NCBI GenBank assembly: GCA_022605425.2
Contig: CM061248.1
Coordinates: 124,001 to 188,000 of the forward strand
Source: Hamiltosporidium tvaerminnensis FI-OER-3-3
Taxonomy: Eukaryota; Fungi; Microsporidia
Direction: 5' to 3'
Length of the DNA stretch: 64,000 nucleotides
Shown: positions 12,125 through 26,284 of the stretch, in pieces
How the letters are laid out: each line of letters begins with the position of its first letter
Position numbering within the stretch: the first letter of the stretch is position 1
Translations under genes and position numbers: made by a program
Notes under the pieces: generated by a model
The model's database searches: none
Seen by the model: the letters and a program-made list of their open reading frames with translations, nothing else
Told to the model about the DNA's origin: nothing

Positions 12125-15100
12125 GAAAGAAGTAAAAACTAAAGTATTTATTAATTTTCTTATGCAGAGAAAATATGAGGTACTTGGATTAGGCTATTCT
12201 TAAATTATTTTGTCTTATTATAACGTTTATAATGGTAAAAACTTGTTTTGAATAAGTTGTTGATATTTTTTTTTCTGCTACAAAATCTAAATAAAGTGAT
12301 TTCATCTTTATTATTCTGAGTCTGTGGGTTTTCTCTTTCATTCTAATGCAATTTGAAAGTCAAAGAATTTTTTTATGTCTCATCCTTTCTTTTTAGTAAG
12401 ATCGTATAATTTTATTGAGTGTGTTTGTCAAAATACAGTCATCTTTTAGCTATCAAAATTCAAAAAATAAATTGTATTCCTATAATAAACTAGGTATGTT
12501 CCTTACTCTGACTGATAATCACGTTTATTGATATATAAAACATTATATACACATCCAATATAATGGTTTTTCATACATAAAGATAAATATACACACGAAA
12601 ATCTATCAATAAGACTTATCTTGTTGTTGTTGGCATCATAGATTTCAGATTTATAAGTTTGAGAGAATCTAAGAAAGTTTAAGAGCAAATGGTTTAATAT
12701 AAATTAATTCGCATATTATAGCATAGAAATCATCTGATGTGATTTTATATCGGTTTTTGTTTCGTTTTTCGCCTTTTTCTATTTGTATTCTTTTTTATAT
12801 ACTTCAAATTTTATAGCGGCGATTTTTTTCAATTGGAGTCAATAACTTGCGATCGGACTTTTTCGATCCATATTTTGGATCCGTTAACTTTATATTTGCT
12901 TTGTTCGTCCTTAATTGTGTATATGCTGCATGTTGATTCCGTGTATTTACACACACTATATTTGATTTATGGCTGTTTTTATTAGCTACTAGTATTTTTT
13001 CTGTGTAAATTCTTTTTATTTGAAAAAAAAATTTAATGACAGTATTTTTGAGTACAACCGACTGAATGTGGCCTTAGTTATATAGACTACTCAATATATT
13101 TAAATATACAACGTATGGTGATATTTTTACATAAACTTATGATATTAAGTAAAAAAATTACCGACGAACCACTTATAAAAGAATTCGGCCTTCGAAAAAC
13201 AGTCGTAAATCGAATGTAATAATTTTAACTTATTTAAGATCAAACAAAACAAAATTCTTCATTATACGAAATATGATTTTTTGCACTTACTCTTATTTCT
13301 GAATACTCGTTTCTAAGAATCTTTTGACCAGTTAACCTGTTCACTTTAAGACTTTGATTTATTTTTAATTAAAATAATATGTTGCGCTGATACACTTTAT
13401 TATCTTTTCTAGTATGGTTATGTCGAAGAATTTCCTACACTCTATGTAGAACTTTAATAATTTTGACACTTTCATTCTGTAACCCAAATATAATTCTATA
13501 TTAAAGTCTACCATGCGATTAGTTTCATGCTTACATTTTTTTACCTCACTTCGATGAAAACAAATATGCAAAGTTCGGCTTATATAATTGAATACCTCCG
13601 AGAGAGTTTTGGGTTTCTCCATTTAGTCATGAGATTTTTCTGGTATTATCTTTGCTAGTTTTTTTTATTTATTCATATTTACTATAAATATTGATTTCAT
13701 AATCCCAAGATTATTAGTAATCTAAGGATTTTTGCTAATTTCAGATTTGTCTTTTCTTTTCTTATTAAAATACATTTTTGATTTTTTCCTACCAATTGGA
13801 ATTCGAAGCTATACTTTAGCCAACTCAACACCATATAATCCTCTTTAAATATTTATTTAAGAAGATGAGATGTTTTATGTTCGAGACAAATGTACAAAGT
13901 ATTCTGCCATCAATTTCCTACTCGAAAATATCTAAGATAAAATCTATTTGTTAGGCGAAAAATCATATGCGATATTTTTTTGACCATTTCGCGTGGGTTT
14001 CAATGCAGTAAAGAATTCTTTGATATTTAATTTAGTCTTATGAAGACTATCAACTTTCGATTATTGTTTCACCAGTATATCCTTATACAATTTACAGCGA
14101 TATCTTTTTACATACTCAAATATTTATAGAAACAGATTCTTCTAAAAGTAGCATTTAATTTACTGCATTTATAAATAAATGGGGCTCTTTTTTTTTACTA
14201 AATCCTATGCCGATTCTTCGATAAACTTCAGTTTCTTCTATTCTGACTTTTCAACGTTTTTTTCATCTCTTCTAAGCATCTAAAAACCATCAATAAAACT
14301 ATTATGATTTGTAGGTCAAAAAATTGCATCTATACGTATAACAAATTTAATTTATCTCATTGTATTTAGTTTTCGAAGGTTTTTGGAATATAGTAAGCAA
14401 ATTTGAGAAATTTCTTGTCGCACTTTATGTCTATATATCTTTGATTATGCTCTTTTAAAGAATTTATTAAATGTAGACTTTTCTTTTTTATGACATACGC
14501 ACCTATACATTTGAGAATTGAAAAAATTCTGTTTGTTCTTAGAAGACATCTAATCAAATAATATTAATTGAAAAAAAACCTGAGGCTGCTCAAAAAATAT
14601 ATGTTAGTTTTTTGTTGCTTTGGTACCTTTCTAAAAAAAAGCATTATTTAAGCCTAGCTATCCGCTTTTAAATTATTTTTGTTGGAATAACTGTTTATCA
14701 GAAGCCGAAACTTCTATTTAATCAAACTTTAAAAAAAATATCGTAATCCCTACTGTTAACTTATACATATTTATAAAAAAGCAATTCGCCCGTATTGAGC
14801 GCCCCTAAATGCTGCGATTCTTTCTAAAAAAACCAATCTTAGTTATATCAGCGAGATAGATTGCTAGATCAAACCCAATACACAAGATAGTAAGTATAGT
14901 TGTCGACGCTTTGAAATTTTAAGATATAAAACCCACAAAGTATAATTTATTACGGCTTTTTGACTAGATATTCAACCGGAAATGTAATTAATTCATGAAG
15001 TAGTACAAGCATGGTTTAAGAAATATCGAATACCTAAGGCTGCAGATAGTCTATAAATGCAACCTTAGTATTTTCCTATGACATCTATGTTTTCATAAAT

Positions 15101-15779
15101 TTTACATTCTGCTTTAGGCACTATAACTTTCTGTTAATTTTACTTGATTAACTAAAATTGTAAATAAGTAGAAATATATTCGAACATACATTTATTTTTT
15201 GATACATATCACATTGAAGTTTATATGGGTATTAAGATGAATATCGAAGATTAAGGCTTGCTGACCAAACCTTTAGATCAATTATTCATCTGTTCAGATT
15301 TAAATTAAACCCACGTATAGTTTTTTGATTTTCTGCGAGCAGTAAAAGTCGAATTTTTTTTGTCTTTGTGTTTCAGCAAAAACTAATAGAAATTACTAAC
15401 TTAAAAATTATACACATTACGCTCCCTTTATAAGAGTTGTGTGGTTCTCATTAGGTTTGAATCATCATAAAATATTATTTCTGAATATTATTTACTACTT
15501 CTGATATCGTAATTTATGTCATACGATTCAAAACATTGGAAGATTATTCGATTTATGAAGTCTAGAATTAATTTATCCTGTTTCTTTAATAAATAAACGT
15601 TTAAATCACATCATCCCGATTTTCTACTCCGTGTGTCTTAATCTGTACAAAAACTTTACTGTTGAGCTAATTTCGAAATTCTGTCAGCCATAAAATATGG
15701 CCAGAGAGAAACATAGCGATACCGTACTGTGCGCTCTTCGTTTTCTCTTTTTATTTACATTTCTTGACTAATATGTTCC

Positions 15780-17896
15780 TATCGTTTACATACATCGATA
15801 GTGATATTACAAGTAATTTACCCTTTATATTATCTCAGAATTTAGAGCCACATGTTAACCAGTCTCTCAAACCCTTTCTGTAGTGTTAGAAATACAGATA
15901 TAAGCTACTGATTATTTAAATAAAATAAAATCAAGTGTTTTCTCCGAAAATATTACTATTTGAGAGTTCAAAGAACGCGATATTATGATAACATACTATA
16001 GCTGATCTAAAAAAAATCATTGAAGTCTAGAAAAAAAAATTACGTGGTTGGATTGGACCAGAATTTACCGTAGATAATCATTTAGAATATATATGATATT
16101 TTTGACTCGAAGTTGCATAGAACACCTGCCTGTATATATAGTACATCTTCGACACACTAGCTTTTATTTAAACTCTATTCCCAATTTCTTAAATTTGAAG
16201 ATCTACTATTATTTCAATTTGTGTAATCATGTTTTTTTCATTCAAGCAAACCGTTTATGTTTCATCTTAAAATTATTAAAATGTAATTTTAAGACTTAAG
16301 AAGTGCCAAAAGTATAGCATAGATTCCACGGATTAAATTAATTCATAGATTTCATATTCAATTATATGCTCGATTTTTTTGCAACAATTTTGAATAATCC
16401 AATAATTTCTAAGTCGAACATAGGCATATTTTAATTTTAAAAACCGGATATTGTCTGTTATTCATTCCATAATCACCCGAAAACAAATCCCATAACACTT
16501 TCTAATGCATTCATTCCCATCGTCAATTACTTAAAACCGAAAATTCCATTTTCTATAACTAGTGCCTAGTATATCGTAAAAATTAAAAAGTACTTAATCT
16601 ATTTATAGCTCGTGTAGAAGAAAAAATGAGATTTTAAAAAATCAATCTAATCTATAAAGAAATCGATTATATATCAGAATATTTAATATTTTGTAATTAT
16701 CTTGTATCTTCTTTATAAATCACAATTAATAATTTCAGATTGATGAGTTTAAATTTAATTTTAGTGATTTACCAATTTCGGTTAAAAACACATTTTCTTT
16801 CAAATATAATCTGTAAAACAAATTCAAATAAAAGAATTAAAAGTAGAGAATATGAAATATTGTTATTTATAATAATCGAAACTTATAGCATTAGAATTTA
16901 ACAGATTAAGATTGTAAAGGTGGCAATAGAATAATTGAAAGATCAAAATTTAACACCTGTGATTCTTCAATAATCTAGATTTCAAATAATTACATTTAAG
17001 GAAAAAAATTTGTATGAAAATCTTGGCACTACAACAGTATTTTCTTCAATTAAATTATAATCAGCTTTTCGAGATAAAAAAATCAAAATTTCTGTCAAAG
17101 TGTCGCTTTAAAATTTTATATCAAATAGTACGAATAGATTTTCTTAAAAAAATGAAAATTAAATTCAAATAATCGAATTGGTTCAATTAATAAAATTTTT
17201 TATTTGCTGACAATGAGAATAAATTTATTATTTTCTGATAAAACATATACATATTCCAACTCTATATCTATTAAAGAAGTGGAATTACTAATTCATCCCT
17301 CATATCCAAAAACAAAACTACGGCACCAGAGGTTCCCAAGCGGTCGCCCTACTTAGTACTACCCTAGCTCTCAGAGGCTTAACTTCGAAGATCTGACGAG
17401 TTCCGGTGCTTTACTCTGGATATGGCCGTAGCTGAAGCAAAAAAAAAATCCGGTATTTATAATATTTTATACAGAATAAGTCAACAATTTTTATGTTTTT
17501 CCTAAAATATTTCTTTATATTCTATCCTACCAATATTAAAACTAAAAGTAAATTTAAAATGTATTTCTTATAAATTTTTATAGTTTTATTTACGTTGAAT
17601 CAATCTAATTTTTTAATTCCCTAATTTATCTTCTTAAGACATTAAATAGTTTTCAATTCTATTTTTTTTTTATTTAAAACCAGTTTCTCTTCTATTATCT
17701 ACAATCTATTAAAATGTATATTAATTATATTTCAAATATACTTTATATTTCATATTTTGACTAATATTTAGAGTTTTCTTTAATACTTTATTATTCTTGC
17801 TTTCAACTGAATACTTCCTTATTTTAAAGGAATTATTTCAACAATAAATCTATAAATAAGACTTTAAATAGAAAAATTTAAATTTTCTATTTTTTA
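15780..17896. repeat. Left arm of high-identity long inverted duplication (partner ~55955-58055)
   Basis: Reverse complement matches nearly base for base, e.g. 16500-17300 vs 56555-57360 and 17434-17845 vs 56008-56420. Confidence 0.9.
17316..17433 (-). rRNA. 5S rRNA (copy 2, variant)
   Basis: Same as copy 1 with three transitions (CTTCGAA, CTCTGAG, GCTAGGG). Confidence 0.93.
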
Positions 17897-17908
17897 CACT
17901 TTTTATCA

Positions 17909-20900
17909 TTTTATTTAATAAAATTCTGGGTTAAAATATTTTTTACCATTTTTATATGTTTTCTTCTACCTCTTTAACCACTTTTGTCTCTTCTTCCAAA
18001 TCCGACTCTTCATTTATGTTATTGGTCGGTTCCTCTAAAGTGGTTCCTCCTTGTGAAATAAGGGGTGCTTTATTTTTTGGTTTAAAATTTTAACACCATC
18101 TTCCTCTCTCTTCTCTCCTTTTAAAGAGGGTGTTGGTTCCTCATGCATCTCTGATCTCATAATAACACCCATTGACGCTCTCTCCCAGCTCTCTTCGGCA
18201 TTTAGTCCTGACTCAAGTCCTCTTCGTCGATCAAAGGAAATTGTTTCGACTGTTTTCTTAAGTACTATAGACTGAATGTATGCCTCTACATTCATGGGTA
18301 TTTCTAGTCTTTTAAGATAAGATTTATGGTATTTTGTCACAATACCGTCCCAGGTCATCACATAAGGGATTATCTCAACACTACACTTATAAATAAGACC
18401 TAACTCATTGGCTAGCAGGTCATACTTCCTAAGTTTTTCAGTTTCAACTATTTGAAGTGAATCTTGCGAAGTGATTCCTACTTTAATGAGTGTTATCTTA
18501 TTCTTCTTCTTATCTAAAATAAATATGTCCGGTCTGTTATTCCGAATTTTAACATCAGTTTTAATTCTGGTGTCCACTCTTATCTCTGCATACTCATTAT
18601 CAAGAATTTCTTGAACTGAGTGACTCCTTATTCGTTTTGAGGACTTAAACTTATATCTATTTAAGAGAAGTAAGTGTAGGCATCTAACCACTTCATTATG
18701 CCGTCTAGTGTAATCATGGCCTAGCATTTTTTCACATATAGTTGCTAGATGATCCAGAGTCTTACCAGACTTTTCCGATGTTGACACATACCATCTGCTC
18801 CTCCAGAATACATTTCTATCCTGGATATAGCAGAACACAGCTTCATTTCGTGGCCTAATATTTCCTCTCTTTAGCCATCTTGAAGAGTCACTAACACTCA
18901 CAAGCTCATTTTTCTCTTGCTTTATATAACTTTGAATGGCATTTTCGTTTTTCTATTTCGTCATATAATTTTGCAAGTTGACTTCTTCTAAACTTTTCTT
19001 AGTGACTTCTTCTACCAACCTGTATTTTACTTTTAAGAAGCCTTTTATTAGTGCAAGATGGTTTTTATTATTATTCTCCACCTTGAGGATTGCTGCTCGT
19101 CTAGTGGATATTTCTTTACTTTTTTCCAGACAATCCAAGAGTTGCAGAAGCATATGTTCGCTTTGCAACTCAACACTTTGTAGGCCTCTTCCAAGTTCTG
19201 TTCTAGGAAGATACAAACGCTCTTTACATCCTGGGCAAAGATGTATCTTATTCTTCACCAACACCGCACGTACTGCATCATCTAACTTAGAGAAGTCAGC
19301 CGGTTCAAGTCGAAGTACTCCTATGTGGTAGTTGATTAACGATATCGCATGTTGATTGATTGCAGAAAATAAATTTTTTGCGTTTAATCTAGTGTGACAA
19401 AGTCTTTCAACTCTTGATATAAGTTTACTCTGTACTTCTTCAAATGAGCTACGTGTTGGGATTCCTCTGCTATCTTCTATTATTCCTAAATATTTGTAAA
19501 CACTAACACCTTCTAGAAGAGTAGCAGTATCTTCACAACGTGTATCATTTGTGGCTGACTTCTCTTTGTTAATCTCTAAGCCAATCACCTTTAAAAATTT
19601 CTTTGCCTCGCCTGTCATAGCACTCAATGTGGAGCTGTCTTTTGCAAGGAGCTTAAGATCATCAATAAACAAGAGATGATTAGTAGAATGGGATTCTGCA
19701 TCTGTTTGTACTGTCACTTTTGTGTATTTTTCATTAAGCTTTCGGCTTAATGGATCCATACACAACACAAACAACAATGGTGACAAACTATCTCCTTGTA
19801 GAATCCCTCTATCAATCTTCTTGCTCATGATTTTTTCAGGCCCTACTGATATATCAATTTTCCATTTTGTATATAATTACCTTAATAAATTTCAGGATCC
19901 AATCAGGTAAATTAAGGTTTTCAATGCATTGAGTTAAATAAGCATGATCTATTGAATCATAAGCTTTTTAAACATCAATCCATGCTGCCTTAAGATTATT
20001 TCCATACTCTTTATTTAAGGCAATATTCAGTAGAGCCTGCTCTTTCGCTCCCTCCACACCTCTTACCGCCCCTAGTTGGTTCTCTGCAAGCAACCCTCGC
20101 CTTTCCACTTCAAGTTGAACGACTTTCGTTACACACTTTGTCGTTAACTTATAGAGGTTGGACATACAAGTGATTGGCCTGTAGTCAGAGCCTCTTCGTG
20201 GAATTCCTTTCGGTATCAAATACGTAAGCCCGCAGTAAAACCAATCAGCTTGAGGTGTTCCTTCTAAACATATAACTTTCACAATATCATAAAGATATTT
20301 GTGAAGAGTTGTAAGTTTCTTAATGAAAAAATTGTAAATACCATCAATTCCAGCAGCTTTCCAATTAGGGAGCCAATTAATGATATTCACAAATTCATCA
20401 AGCGAAGGAAACGTGGTCGGATGATTATCTGATACAAATGGAATCAAATACTCATCATATGTAACTACTTTATCATTTTTATTCCACATTGTAGACCAAA
20501 ATTCTGAAATTTCGTCACGATAAACCACATGCTCGGATTCAACGCGCTCAGATAACCCTCGATAGAATCGACCTCGGAATAACTCAAACATACGATTCTC
20601 TTTTCGAAATTTTCTCCTACTTTCATACATCGTAATTTTTTTCTCGTACACATTCAAAGACTCATTCTTCTTAACTAAAGCCTCAGAAAGATCAGTTACA
20701 CTGCTCAAGTTTAAATTAAACTCTCGCATGATTTTCTTAAGGCTCTTCGTTTCCGAAGTGGAGAGCTTTTCCTGCTTACGAGCCTTCTCGAGAAGATCTT
20801 TGGAAAGTACTAACTTAGAAATTTTACTTTCTATGTTTTCCTTCCAAGCGGATCTAGGCTTTTCTTTACGTGTTGCCTCGTCATAGCATACCTGCGCAGC

Positions 20901-21714
20901 TTGCATGATATACGCGGCTTCCGTAATTGACTCAGGTACATGAGCTCTTACATATTCACCGACTACTCGATTAATGAGATCCAGAACTTTACTATCAACC
21001 AATTCATTTGGATGTTTTCTTGTTCGGACCACCACTTTTCCAATTTCCTTCATCGAGATTTCTTTGATTTTACTCAAGAATTTATCTCTCAGGTTTATGT
21101 ACTCCGTGGTGTCGGTCAAGGTGCATGTATCAGCGAGACAAGTGGCGATTCTACGTCGCTCTCCATTCTCTTCTGATTTTACATCCTTTCCCATCTCACT
21201 TTGTGCCAATTTTTTTAACACTTCGAGAGTTTCAGTGCAGCCGAATTTCTCATTATAGTACCTGTGAAGCTCTGTCCAGCCATTTCTTGGCATTCTTTCA
21301 AACCTTGTCTGTACTGCAAAAAAAACAATTCGAGGCCATTCCTTCGGGTCGGCTGTTACGGAATCGAATATCGTCCGCAATGCCATTAGCCTGTTACCTT
21401 CCGGAATAGCTAGAGTACAGGGGCTTGTCATGTCGTACGATGGCTCGCACGCAGAGACTTCAACCGAAGAGGGAACTGGTGCATTAGGCGAAGGTAAGGT
21501 GTCAAGCCCACTATTTTGCATTTTACTGCATGTTTGGCTTGGTGGTGGAGGTGTTATTGTTGTGTAGGGGGAGGAAGGTAGGGAAATCGCCGGTGGGTGT
21601 AGCTTACATTTTTTTATACCACTATCACTCTTTTTCACCTCATCAGCGTCGTTTGCAGCCTTTATTTTGGTATTATTCGATATTTCGCTGCTAATATTTT
21701 TCTTTCTACCCATC
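17909..21714 (-). mobile_element. Non-LTR retrotransposon with RT and C-terminal restriction-like endonuclease (R4/Dong/NeSL-like), near complete, ORF disrupted
   Basis: RT motifs YRPIT, AWID, GILQGDSLSPLLF, FIDD, YKYLG; CCHC/RHN region and RPDIxIxD endonuclease motif; 12-bp TSD CACTTTTTATCA at 17897-17908 and 21715-21726; ORF split into 19968-21713, 18953-19828 and 18035-18901. Confidence 0.93.
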
Positions 21715-22393
21715 CACTTTTTATCAAATAATTAGATTTAAGAAAATAAATATTCAAATTATTTCATAAACTATTATAGTTGATTTATTAGTTCAATTCG
21801 AATTATAATAAATAAGATATCAAGTTTTTAATTAAATAAAAGTTTTTGTATCAATCATTTACTTTTCTTTCAAACATAAAATTTTTAAAAATTAAAAATT
21901 TAATTCCTTAATATATGAATTTAGTATAAAAATAACCAAATTGTTTTATAAGAAATCTCAAAGTATAAAATAAAAAATTACTTCAGTATTGATTACCATT
22001 TAAATCTTTTTCATTTCGTTCTAAACCAAACAAATTTTTTTTTATTTATAATCTTAAGAATACTTTTAGAAAGTGTGTCTTAAATTTATTTAAAAATATT
22101 TTACTTAATTTTTGAACCAAATTCAAAGTTAAAACATTGTTATAGAATAATAAACTGTTTTCTTTTTCGTAATAAAACCAGCAACATCACACGTATTAAA
22201 TTCTTAACATAAAATTTATTTATTGTACTTTATATTTCTAGATTATTAAAATCACACAATAGAAAGGTATGGAGTATGCTTATAGTTATTTAAAGTCTTT
22301 TTTGATCACATAGTAAAACAAATGATTTATACATTGAATTATATTTTTAAGTCAAATTATTCTTTTAGTCGTTTTAAAAGATCTAAGAATATA

Positions 22394-22508
22394 TGAGCTA
22401 ATCAAAAAGTACTAATTATATAAATAAGGAAAATTAAAATTAAGAATCGATGAGCTAATCAAGAAAAAGTAATAATTATATAAATAAGGAAAATTAAAAT
22501 TAAGAATC
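22394..22508. repeat. Tandem duplication of ~58 bp
   Basis: TGAGCTAATCAA...TAATTATATAAATAAGGAAAATTAAAATTAAGAATC occurs twice. Confidence 0.8.
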
Positions 22509-22859
22509 AAAGAAAATATTAGATTATCCATGAAGAAATAATAGATTTTAAAATAAAAAAATATGAAAATTTTTTTAAGTGACAGAGTGAATATATAAGT
22601 TATTTACAAAATAAAATATAATTAATTCTGAATTAAAACCTTAATAATAAATTCTAAATGAAGATTAGAATTGAAATATTTATAATATATTGGTTTGAAT
22701 TATAGATTTTAAAAACTTAAGTAAAGAATTAAATTTACTTTAATGATTTCGTTTTTAAAGAATTTCTTTTAGTGCCTAACTATTTGAAATAAAGGATTTG
22801 TTACAATCTATTGACGAATTATTACAGCTTTTTAATAAAAATTGGAGTTTATATTTATT

Positions 22860-23400
22860 TTCAGACTTTAAAGCATTCCTACGTTTAACATACATAACTA
22901 CTTTTCCATAGTCTACAGTATACTTTAGATATCTAGATTCCAAAGATATTAAAATTATAAAGGTGATTCAAAGCAGTTTATGGGGCTATAGGTCACCTGG
23001 TACTTGTTTTATACTTGCATTTTGTGTGATCGAAAATCGAAAATTTACTTGGGACCCGTAAAACCAGCAGCGTATTTACTTACTCAGATGTTTATGAATC
23101 GGTTTATAAACAGCTAAGATATACCTGAGTAATTTATATGGAGCCTTCATTACCGTTTATATGGTATACTAACAGGTTTAATCTGTTACTCAACTTTACA
23201 TGCCATTAAAAGGATTCTATTTCTTCCTAGTTGTGATAATTATTCTTAAACAATTGAGCTTGGTTAGATTTCCATTCTTTTATATGACAATTACCTATAA
23301 TTTCGATTGCGGTTGACAATATGGTTACATAAAAAACTAAATTTTTAGAAGGAATTTTACTATTCGTTGACTTTCCTTCTCTTACAAATTCTCACTGAGA
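22860..23400 (-). mobile_element. Old degenerate copy of SINE-like family A
   Basis: Colinear motifs GTTTAACATA, GTGTGATCGA, GCTAAGATATA, TTTCCAT.CTTTTA.ATG.CAATTACCTA, TGGTTACATAAAAAACTA. Confidence 0.65.
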
Positions 23401-23619
23401 AATCCAAAATTTGTCTGCTTTTTATTCAACTGAAATTTTAAATAATAATTTCTTATACTCATTACCAAGATAATAATTTTTAATGAAGTTATCTCAGATT
23501 CATTATACTTTTCTAGAATATAAATTTTTTTTAATGAAATTCAGATTAATATGCCTTTCAAAATTTTTTTTATATTTGTTTCAATCTCCTGAGCTACTTA
23601 TTTCCTCTTTATAGAAAAT

Positions 23620-23840
23620 TTATTTACTTTTTCCTTTAACTTTTACCTCTCGGTACCAAAAATGAACAAATGAAAATTTCCATTTTTTTCTTTTAATCAG
23701 TATAAATAAGGATTATAAGAGATTGACTTATAGATGCAAAGTGGTTTATATCCCACCAAAATGGACAACTGGGATTTTCAAACTATTATAGACACTCATT
23801 ACTAAGCAGTTGGTTTTTTATGTGGAAATTACTCTCTTTA
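23620..23840 (-). mobile_element. Degenerate SINE-like family B copy
   Basis: CTCTCGGTACC..ATGAACAAATG, GGATTATAAG, CACTCATT.CTAAGCAG, TTTTTATGTGG match 8641-8869 and 3806-4029. Confidence 0.6.
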
Positions 23841-24273
23841 TCAACAAAGGATAAAAAATAATAAACTTATATTAATGTTTCTTCCAATATGTGGTTTTAA
23901 TTACTAAAAATATATTCAAAATCTTTTTTTATAAGGTATTTGTAAATTTTTGCATATGGAAATCTATTCTATTTATTACAAATATTTATTTCGGAGTTTA
24001 TTTTTTTCTGGAAATTTTCCTTTTTTATATTTTATTTGCCATAAATTAATTTTTTTCCTAAGTTTTTATTCTTTCTTTTTTTTATATTTTAATTAAATTT
24101 ATATAAAAATACAAATAAATGGATTTTTTATAACCAAAACAGATGTTAAATAAAAATTTAAAATATTTTCTTTTCTATTTATTTTTTTAGAGAGAAAATT
24201 ATTTCTTTTTACAGAAATATTGATGTAAAATATTTTTGAAAAAAATTCTTATCAACTTTATAAATAGAAAAAA

Positions 24274-24900
24274 ATGAAAGCCCTTATGCGAAGTACAGAG
24301 AACATTACAGATGAAGATATTTTGAAACAATTAAAAAACCAAGGATTCTCTGAAGAAATATCAAAAATGGCACTTAAAAACTGTAAGTCTAAAGATATTG
24401 AATCTATACTTGAGTACATTGAAGATATACAGAATATGGAAGAGGAACGTAGGAGGAGACAAAATGCTTCTGTAAAAAATGAAGCAGCCAATCAAATAGC
24501 ACGAGCACAGCTTGAAGAAAATGCGAGAAAAACGAGAGAACAGATGTTAAAAGATAAGTTATATGTTCAGAATTTGAAAGCAAAAATTGAAGCAGACAGA
24601 AGAGAAATGCAGTCAAATGTTGAAAATACTGCTGAAACAACTACGAAGTGTTCAGAATATGAAGGTGGTGATTCTCCCTGTAAAATCAATGTTAGATTCG
24701 AAACAGGATATACTCGAATATTTGGATTCAATACTGGTGACACACTAGAAAATTTATTTGCTAGAATTGGTATTGAAATGAGTGGAACGGTTTTTCGTGT
24801 TTTTAGAACAGGAACGTCAGAAGAAATTTTTAATGATGGAAGAACCCTTGAAGAAACTGGGCTTTCTCCACGTGGTTCTGTAATGGTTTCTAAGGATTAA
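24274..24900 (+). CDS. UBA- and UBX-domain protein (Cdc48/p97 adaptor, UBXN1-like)
   Basis: N-terminal UBA (QLKNQGFSEEISKMAL), central coiled coil (KAKIEADRRE), C-terminal UBX (CKINVRF...F...TLEETGLSPRGSVMV). Confidence 0.85.
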   Translation: MKALMRSTENITDEDILKQLKNQGFSEEISKMALKNCKSKDIESILEYIEDIQNMEEERRRRQNASVKNEAANQIARAQLEENARKTREQMLKDKLYVQNLKAKIEADRREMQSNVENTAETTTKCSEYEGGDSPCKINVRFETGYTRIFGFNTGDTLENLFARIGIEMSGTVFRVFRTGTSEEIFNDGRTLEETGLSPRGSVMVSKD

Positions 24901-25549
24901 AATGGTAAATTTCAATTTTTTTTTCTATTTTAAATTTCTTTAGTCTCTAATCTCGTAAAATATAAAAAAATTTATTTTTATAATTTAGTGTTTCTATCAT
25001 TTTTTTTTGAATTTTTAATTGATTTTAAGCTTTGATATTCTAATTATAGAATAAACAATCTGGTATTAAAATATCAAATTTCATATTTTCTTCGTTTATG
25101 AAAACCAAATTCTTTCTTTTTACCCCCTCAATGGCGAAGACAAATACAATAGCAGTAAAAGCCTAAAAATAAAAACAAATTAGACAATTGCATAAACAAA
25201 GCAGAAAGAATTATAACTTTAAAAAACCGAGTATATTTTATTATCTTATGAAGCAAAAAAACTATAATAAAGTATATTAGAATAAGCATTCGTAGTAGAC
25301 TTTCTATTTAACATTTCATTAAATGAATACTAAACATATAAAAGTTGCTATTTTAGGTCCTTTAAAAAATAAAATACATTTTTAAGGATAAAATGTAAAT
25401 TCCTTCATTTAACACATCGGAATTCATTTAATCATTTAAAAAACAGCTTATTGGAATTGTTTTTACCAGATTATACCGAATTTTATAATACCTTATACTA
25501 ATATTGAAATATCTCTGAATCAATCAAATAATTATTTTTTTTACAAAAT

Positions 25550-26284
25550 GATTTACTTTATTTAAAAATATCACATCTTTTTACAATAGTGGCAAGTGTT
25601 ATATTTGTTTTCATGACATTAATGCAGTTCTAGGTTTAACATAAATGACTGCTACCCCAACACTCCATCGGTAACCCCTGCGATACCTACGTCCCAAAGC
25701 CTTTCATCTACCAGGTGTGTAGAACCTAATTAATAGGCGAGGCAGTTGCCCGGAGTTCGTTAATGTCTGTTGCATGGAGTGTGATCGAAGGCCGAAGCCC
25801 ACCCTGGGCTCCCCCAAGACTATGCAGCATTCCCACTTACTCTACACTTTCCGAACCCAATAAACTTCTAGCTAAGATATATTTCAGAGATTTACATGGG
25901 GTCCACCTAGACAGTGCAATGTCATACCAACAGGTATAACCTGCTACTTAGCTCTCCCGGCTTTTAATGGGTTTTATTTTTATATCTCCCAGGCGCTAAG
26001 TCTTCTAACCCGAGTGAGCAAGGCTAGGTTTCCATGCTTTTACATGGCGATTACCTACATGTTCAGCTGCGGTCTGCAATCTGGTTACATAAAAAACTAC
26101 AAATAAATTCGTAGAAAAAGTTTCACCATTTCTTAGACCTCTCCTCCTCATAACAACTCCCATGGAACAACCGAAGATGTAGTGTGGTTGTATTCCCGCC
26201 AAAAATCCAAACAATGATCTCACACCAGTTTCACACACTCATTGCCAAGCAGAAAGTTTTTTATGTGGTTATCCTCCCTCCACC
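25550..26284 (-). mobile_element. SINE-like family A, full length (~735 bp)
   Basis: Highly similar to 43984-44724; no credible ORF; 14-bp TSD TTTTTTTACAAAAT at 25536-25549 and 26285-26298. Confidence 0.88.

Noticed and set aside
26005-26238. Short ORFs in the SINE-like elements (also 44495-44725, 3815-4027, 47689-48027)
   Set aside because: Non-ATG or inconsistent starts and frames differing among copies; no recognisable domain
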